From Cyanophora paradoxa CCMP329 (taxonomy: Eukaryota > Plantae > Glaucophyta), in assembly GCA_004431415.1 (NCBI GenBank), contig QPMI01000100.1, positions 62,001-126,000 of the forward strand: DNA of 64,000 nt. Reading direction: 5' to 3'. The notes under the pieces are model-generated. The model searched no databases. It worked only from the letters and a program-made list of their open reading frames with translations, and was not told where the DNA came from. How positions within the stretch are numbered: position 1 is the first letter of the stretch; each line of letters begins with the position of its first letter. Below, in pieces: positions 59,777 through 64,000 of the stretch. The position numbers and the translations under genes are program-made.

Positions 59777-61920
59777 ATGTCGCCGCTGGAAGAGCTTCCA
59801 AATGAGATCCTCATGCGCATTGTCGAGCCCCTGGGACTCCGCGAGGCTTTGCGCGCGCTGCCGGCGGTGAGCCGGCGCGTGAGGTCCTGTGTGGAAGCCT
59901 GCGAGTGGGACGAGCTCACCATCGAATCGCGCCTGGATGGCGGTAGCGCGGCGGGCGAGCTGCGGCGCTGGGCCGAGCGGGCGGGGGTGCGCGGCGCCCG
60001 TCCAAGGGTCGCGGCCCTCACCATCGACGACCCGGGCCTGGCGGAGGCGGACGCGTTCGGCCTCGTGCCTCCCGCCATCGCAGCGTTTTCGTCGCTTAAA
60101 CGGCTCTCCGTGCGCCCGCCGCCGTTCTGCCGCCGGCTTGTTCTGCCGCGCGCCCGGCCGAGCCTCGAGCGCCCTCGCGCAGGTGCGGGTCGGGGACCCC
60201 GCTCCCCCATTCGCGACGCCGCCGTGCATCTCCTTTGGGACGTTTCCCGTGCCGCCCCGCACGTTGGACGTCCGCCACGGCTTCGCCCGGGCGGTGGTGG
60301 CGGCAGCAGAGGCGGCCTCCGCCGCGGGCCTCGAGGAGCTCAGCATCGACTTCGAGCTCCACGAGACCTGCGCCACGCCCGTCATCCGTGCGCCGTGCCA
60401 GCTCCGTCTGGAGTTAAGTTCCGACCGACCGTCGGACCCGGCCCGCAGGCGGCGACCACAGGGCGGGCTTCCTGGAGGACCTGAGCCGCCTTCCGTCCCT
60501 CCGGCGCCTCGAGATCGCCGGCTACTGCGCGGTGTCGCCGGAGCTGCTCGGCGCGATCGGAGCCGCGGCGCCGGGCCTCGCGGCGCTGGGCGTGCGCCTG
60601 GCGGCGGACCGCCCCGAGCAAGAGATCTGGCACACGCCGCCCCCGGACCCCTTCGATCACGAATCCATCGACGATTTCGCGACTTGGGCCGAGGAGGCCG
60701 GGGGCCCCGGCGGATCAGGCCCGCCCTCGCCCCCTCCGCCGCCCGAGGGCGAGAACGAGGACGAGGACGAGGGCGGGACGCCCCTGCCCGCGGATGGCCT
60801 TCCCCCCTGGCTGCCGCCCCCGCCGGAGCAGCTGGATGCCGAGGAGGCGGCGGCCCTCGTCGAGGCGGCAGAGGCCCTCGCCGCGGCGCTTCCTCGCCTC
60901 CAGGAACTGACCCTCGCCTTCCGCGGCACCCTCGCCCCGGGCGGCCTCCACGCCCTCGCCGCCCGGCTGCCCCTCCGCCGCCTCGGTGCGCCTTGATTCA
61001 GCTCCCCGGCTTCCAAAGCTAGCTAAGCTCGTTCTGACCTCCCGCGGTCGGCTCTAGATCTCTCGTTCTTCAGGATGGCAAGGGGGTGCCTCGCCGCCAT
61101 CGCCGAGGGCCACGCCCACCGGCCGGCGGGCGCCCCCGCCCTCGAGTCTCTCGCCCTCCGCTGGCCCCCAGGGGTCTCGTCGGACGCCCCGGAGGACGTC
61201 GGACACCAGCTTCCCGCCCTCGCGCGCCTACCCCTCCGCTCCCTCACCCTCGGCGAGGTAGTCCTCCCGCCCAGCGCCCTGCGGCCCCTCTGCGCCCTCC
61301 GCGAGCTCCAGTCGGTGGAGCTGCACGTGCGCGCGGACGAGAGCGAGGACCCGGGGGCCCTCCCCGCCCTCCTCGCGGCCTTCCCGTCCCTTGCCTCGGC
61401 GCACCTCGTCCTGGAGGAGGTCCCCGAGCAAAGGACGGCCGTGCACCTCGTCCTGGAGGCCCTCGCGGCCGCCCTCCCCGCCGCCGGCGCCCTCACCCTC
61501 GGCATTTCCCTGCGGCTCGCGCATCTCCCGTCCCGCAGGGATGCCCTCCCGCCGGCCGCCGCCGCCTTCCTGCAAGCCGCCGCGGACCGCCTCGTCTCGT
61601 ACGAGCGCGGCGGCCTCTGGCCCGTCCCGCCCCTCGCCGACGAGCTGGCGGCCCTGGGGGCCTGCCGCCACCTCCGCCGCTGCCGCCTTACCCTCCACCC
61701 GGCCGCCAAGTTCAGCCCCCAGGACCTCGCGCTCTTCCAAGCGCTAGGCCCCCTCTCTGGAAGCCTGGAGATCGTGGTGGCGACCTTCCACCCGCAGTAC
61801 GGGCCACCGTGGCGCTTCACGGAGGAGCAGGAGGCGGCAGCCGTGCGGCTGCGGGACCTCTTGCCCCACTGGCGCATCGCCACCCGTGTCGACGAGGCTT
61901 ACTACCCCGGGGTCAACTAG
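59777..61920 (+). CDS. F-box protein with degenerate leucine-rich repeats
   Basis: N-terminal LEELPNEILMRIVEPLGLREALRALPAVSRRVR; repeated LxxLxL motifs (LKRLSV, LEELSI, LQELTL, LESLAL, LRSLTL); stop 61918-61920. Confidence 0.82.
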
Positions 61921-62914
61921 CTATAGCCCATGGCCAGTAGGCTCTTAGCTCGTCTCATGATCAGAAGACTATACCAATTGCAAGTCCCTCTGGAGTCCAA
62001 CAGCCCTCACCCATACTGCCATGGTGAATTTGATGATCCGATGATCCTCTGAGCCTTCCGAAGTTCTACAATTTCACGGGTTTAATTCCAAACGTTTTAA
62101 CCAAATGATGAAAGTTCAGCATGCCTTTCAGCCTAGGCCTGCAGCTGGATCGACTACGGGAGTGCAACTAGTACTTGACCGTCGGACAAGTTGAGCATAC
62201 ATGCGCATATATGGCCGGGCCTCGGCCTGGCCGCGGGCCGGGCAGAGATTCGGCTGAAAAGAATCTTGAATGTTGAATTCGAATTGGCTCTTCAAGGCTT
62301 AGGCTGTGACTCAATGGAGACCCTTCGAATTCAGCATTTCCTCAGGGAGTCAGCCCGAGTCGGGCCTGTCAGCCGCTCATGATCAGCGCTAAAGCATTCC
62401 TGTCAGCCGGTGCATGCACTGCAGCTGAGCCTTGAATATTCCTGGCCGCCGGGCGTACGCGTTGATGTGTCTACTGCTTTCTCTCTCAGACTGAGAGTAA
62501 AGAGTAGAGAGTAGTAGTGAGAAGACTCTCTCAGTCTCTTCTCAGAGTCTGTCGACGTCAAAGTTGATCACTGAGTCATATGCATGATCATGATGCGCTG
62601 TGGCACATGCATGCAACTTGCCGCACTGCGGCAGTGCCAAATTAACAGTAAACTTGACTCAGTAAAAACACACCCGTGGACTGGCCATGGGGTAACAGGC
62701 CAGGGTCGACGTCCCCTACCGTAGTACGACAGGAGAGAGAGACTCTGAGAGAGAGAGATCTAGAAAGCAGTAGATCTAGACCGGGTACCGTCGGACGCGA
62801 TACGTATACTGGTGGCGGTGTCCCGGGCGGCCTGGCAGTGGAGCTTGAAATTCGAGAGCCGCTGAGCATCATGATCAGGCAGACTCAAGAGATCTAGATG
62901 TAGAAGCACTGGGG

Positions 62915-62923
62915 AAAAAAAAA
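62915..62923 (-). terminator. RNA polymerase III terminator (T9)
   Basis: A9 on the plus strand, 16 nt downstream of the tRNA 3' end. Confidence 0.8.
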
Positions 62924-62939
62924 CAAGCTACGGGGACAA

Positions 62940-63011
62940 TAGCCCGACCGGGAATCGAACCCGGATCTCCGCTGTGTTAAAGCGGTGTACTAGCCGCTAT
63001 ACTATCAGGCC
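62940..63011 (-). tRNA. tRNA-Val (anticodon AAC)
   Basis: GGCCTGATAGTATAGCGGCTAGTACACCGCTTTAACACAGCGGAGATCCGGGTTCGATTCCCGGTCGGGCTA; anticodon stem CCGCT/AGCGG with loop TTAACAC; T-loop GTTCGAT; discriminator A. Confidence 0.93.
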
Positions 63012-63394
63012 GGTTGGAAGTGCTGACCAACTCAGCCAAGTGATTCTGCAACATCTCTTCTCCACGACACAAAGACGTACGCGTCGGCCGGCTATAGCTA
63101 GCAGCAGCATCGATCGCTGCTCCATACAACCCAACCGCTAGCTGCCGCGGCCAGCCGTGCGCGCTCTCGAATCAGCGCCTTGCCTGGAGTACTTCCCGTC
63201 TGGCTTGTGTCTTGAGCAAGGCGGTCCACACAGCGAATTGCTGGCCTCAAGAGCGCACGTAGCTAAAGGCTAGCTAGATCTCCTAGGCGCACGCGCGACT
63301 GCTTCGGACCGGGGGACGCCAGCATTGGAGCAAGCCACGCGCGCCACGCGTGCTGGAAAAGAGATGAAGAGTACCAGTATCTAGGAGCAAAGCT

Positions 63395-64000
63395 ATGACG
63401 TCTTCGCCCAGCACCGCGCTGGTGCGGGGACTGCGTGCGCGTACGCGAGAGCCAGATGCATCAAGACTGCTCCTCGCCTTCGCCTTCATTCTCCTGGGGA
63501 GCCCATCAGTGAATGCAACGCCTCCAAAGATCGAGCTCATCACGAGGCTAGAAGATGGACAGTACTCGAATGCGATTCGGCTTTCGTGGACTGTGCCAGC
63601 GACGGGCATTAATTACATATATAACGTGCTGGTGAGTGCGTGACTTTCTTGTATGCTTTCTCTGTCTCACTGGCCGACAGGGTCGCTTTACGCCAGCGGC
63701 AGGAGGCGCTGTCGCTTTCGATGCGAACACCACCAGCAACTTCTTTACACGAACGGGCCTGCAGCCTGGCACGCAGTTTCAGGTGACAGTGCGGGCAATC
63801 GATCTCACTGATGTCGATCCCGTGCGTTATGTTCCAATAGCGATTTGTGGTTGCCAAATTCTTGACCAGAATTACGTTTTTCAGGTTGGCCCGTGGTCTC
63901 CACCAGCTATCTCCTCAACTCGTGCTGGTGAGTGCCAGGCACGCCTGCAGGCCAGTTATCCAACACGTCAAACCTTCTATTCTCGCAGGCGGAAGCTTCA
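63395..64000 (+). CDS. Secreted/membrane protein with fibronectin type III domain, runs off the window
   Basis: Hydrophobic signal LLLAFAFILLGSPSVNA; IRLSWTVP..YNVL|GRF..FTRTGLQPGTQFQ|VGPWSPP, typical FN3 motifs. Confidence 0.7.

Noticed and set aside
59382-59870. Read-through fusion of the Dpy-30-like gene with the F-box gene
   Set aside because: A simple GT-AG intron gives a stop at 59546-59548, and the F-box has its own ATG at 59777.

Overview
Nuclear DNA of a GC-rich, intron-dense microbial eukaryote (introns mostly 48-110 bp with GTGCGC/GCGCGC-type donors; the lineage cannot be fixed from sequence alone). Because of splicing, most entries in the ORF track are fragments or GC-driven noise; the gene models here were spliced by eye. 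1-13 kb is a compact housekeeping block: a PG-repeat protein, an SR splicing factor, a catalytically altered PDH E2/E3BP-like protein, a BTB-BACK-DUSP protein, ACBP and Ku70. 13-59 kb is a rearrangement hotspot. It holds one full and four partial copies of a prokaryote-like (PEE-motif) P-type ATPase, an 8.43-kb tandem duplication with a mappable crossover, three LamG-domain gene fragments and a chromodomain-SIM-SAM gene. It also holds a duplicated BET3 + Dpy-30-like-gene block with reciprocal loss, an in-frame gene chimera and an 822-bp element with 159-bp TIRs. The window ends with an F-box gene, tRNA-Val(AAC) and the start of an FN3 gene. The most striking signal comes from aligning the paralogous copies. 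They repeatedly differ by a stereotyped micro-insertion X -> X-C-revcomp(X)-G-X or X-revcomp(X)-X (X usually 3 nt), seen at 14 polymorphic sites and common in intergenic DNA. This fits hairpin-mediated excision footprints of a C...G-terminated, 3-bp-TSD DNA transposon (inference).
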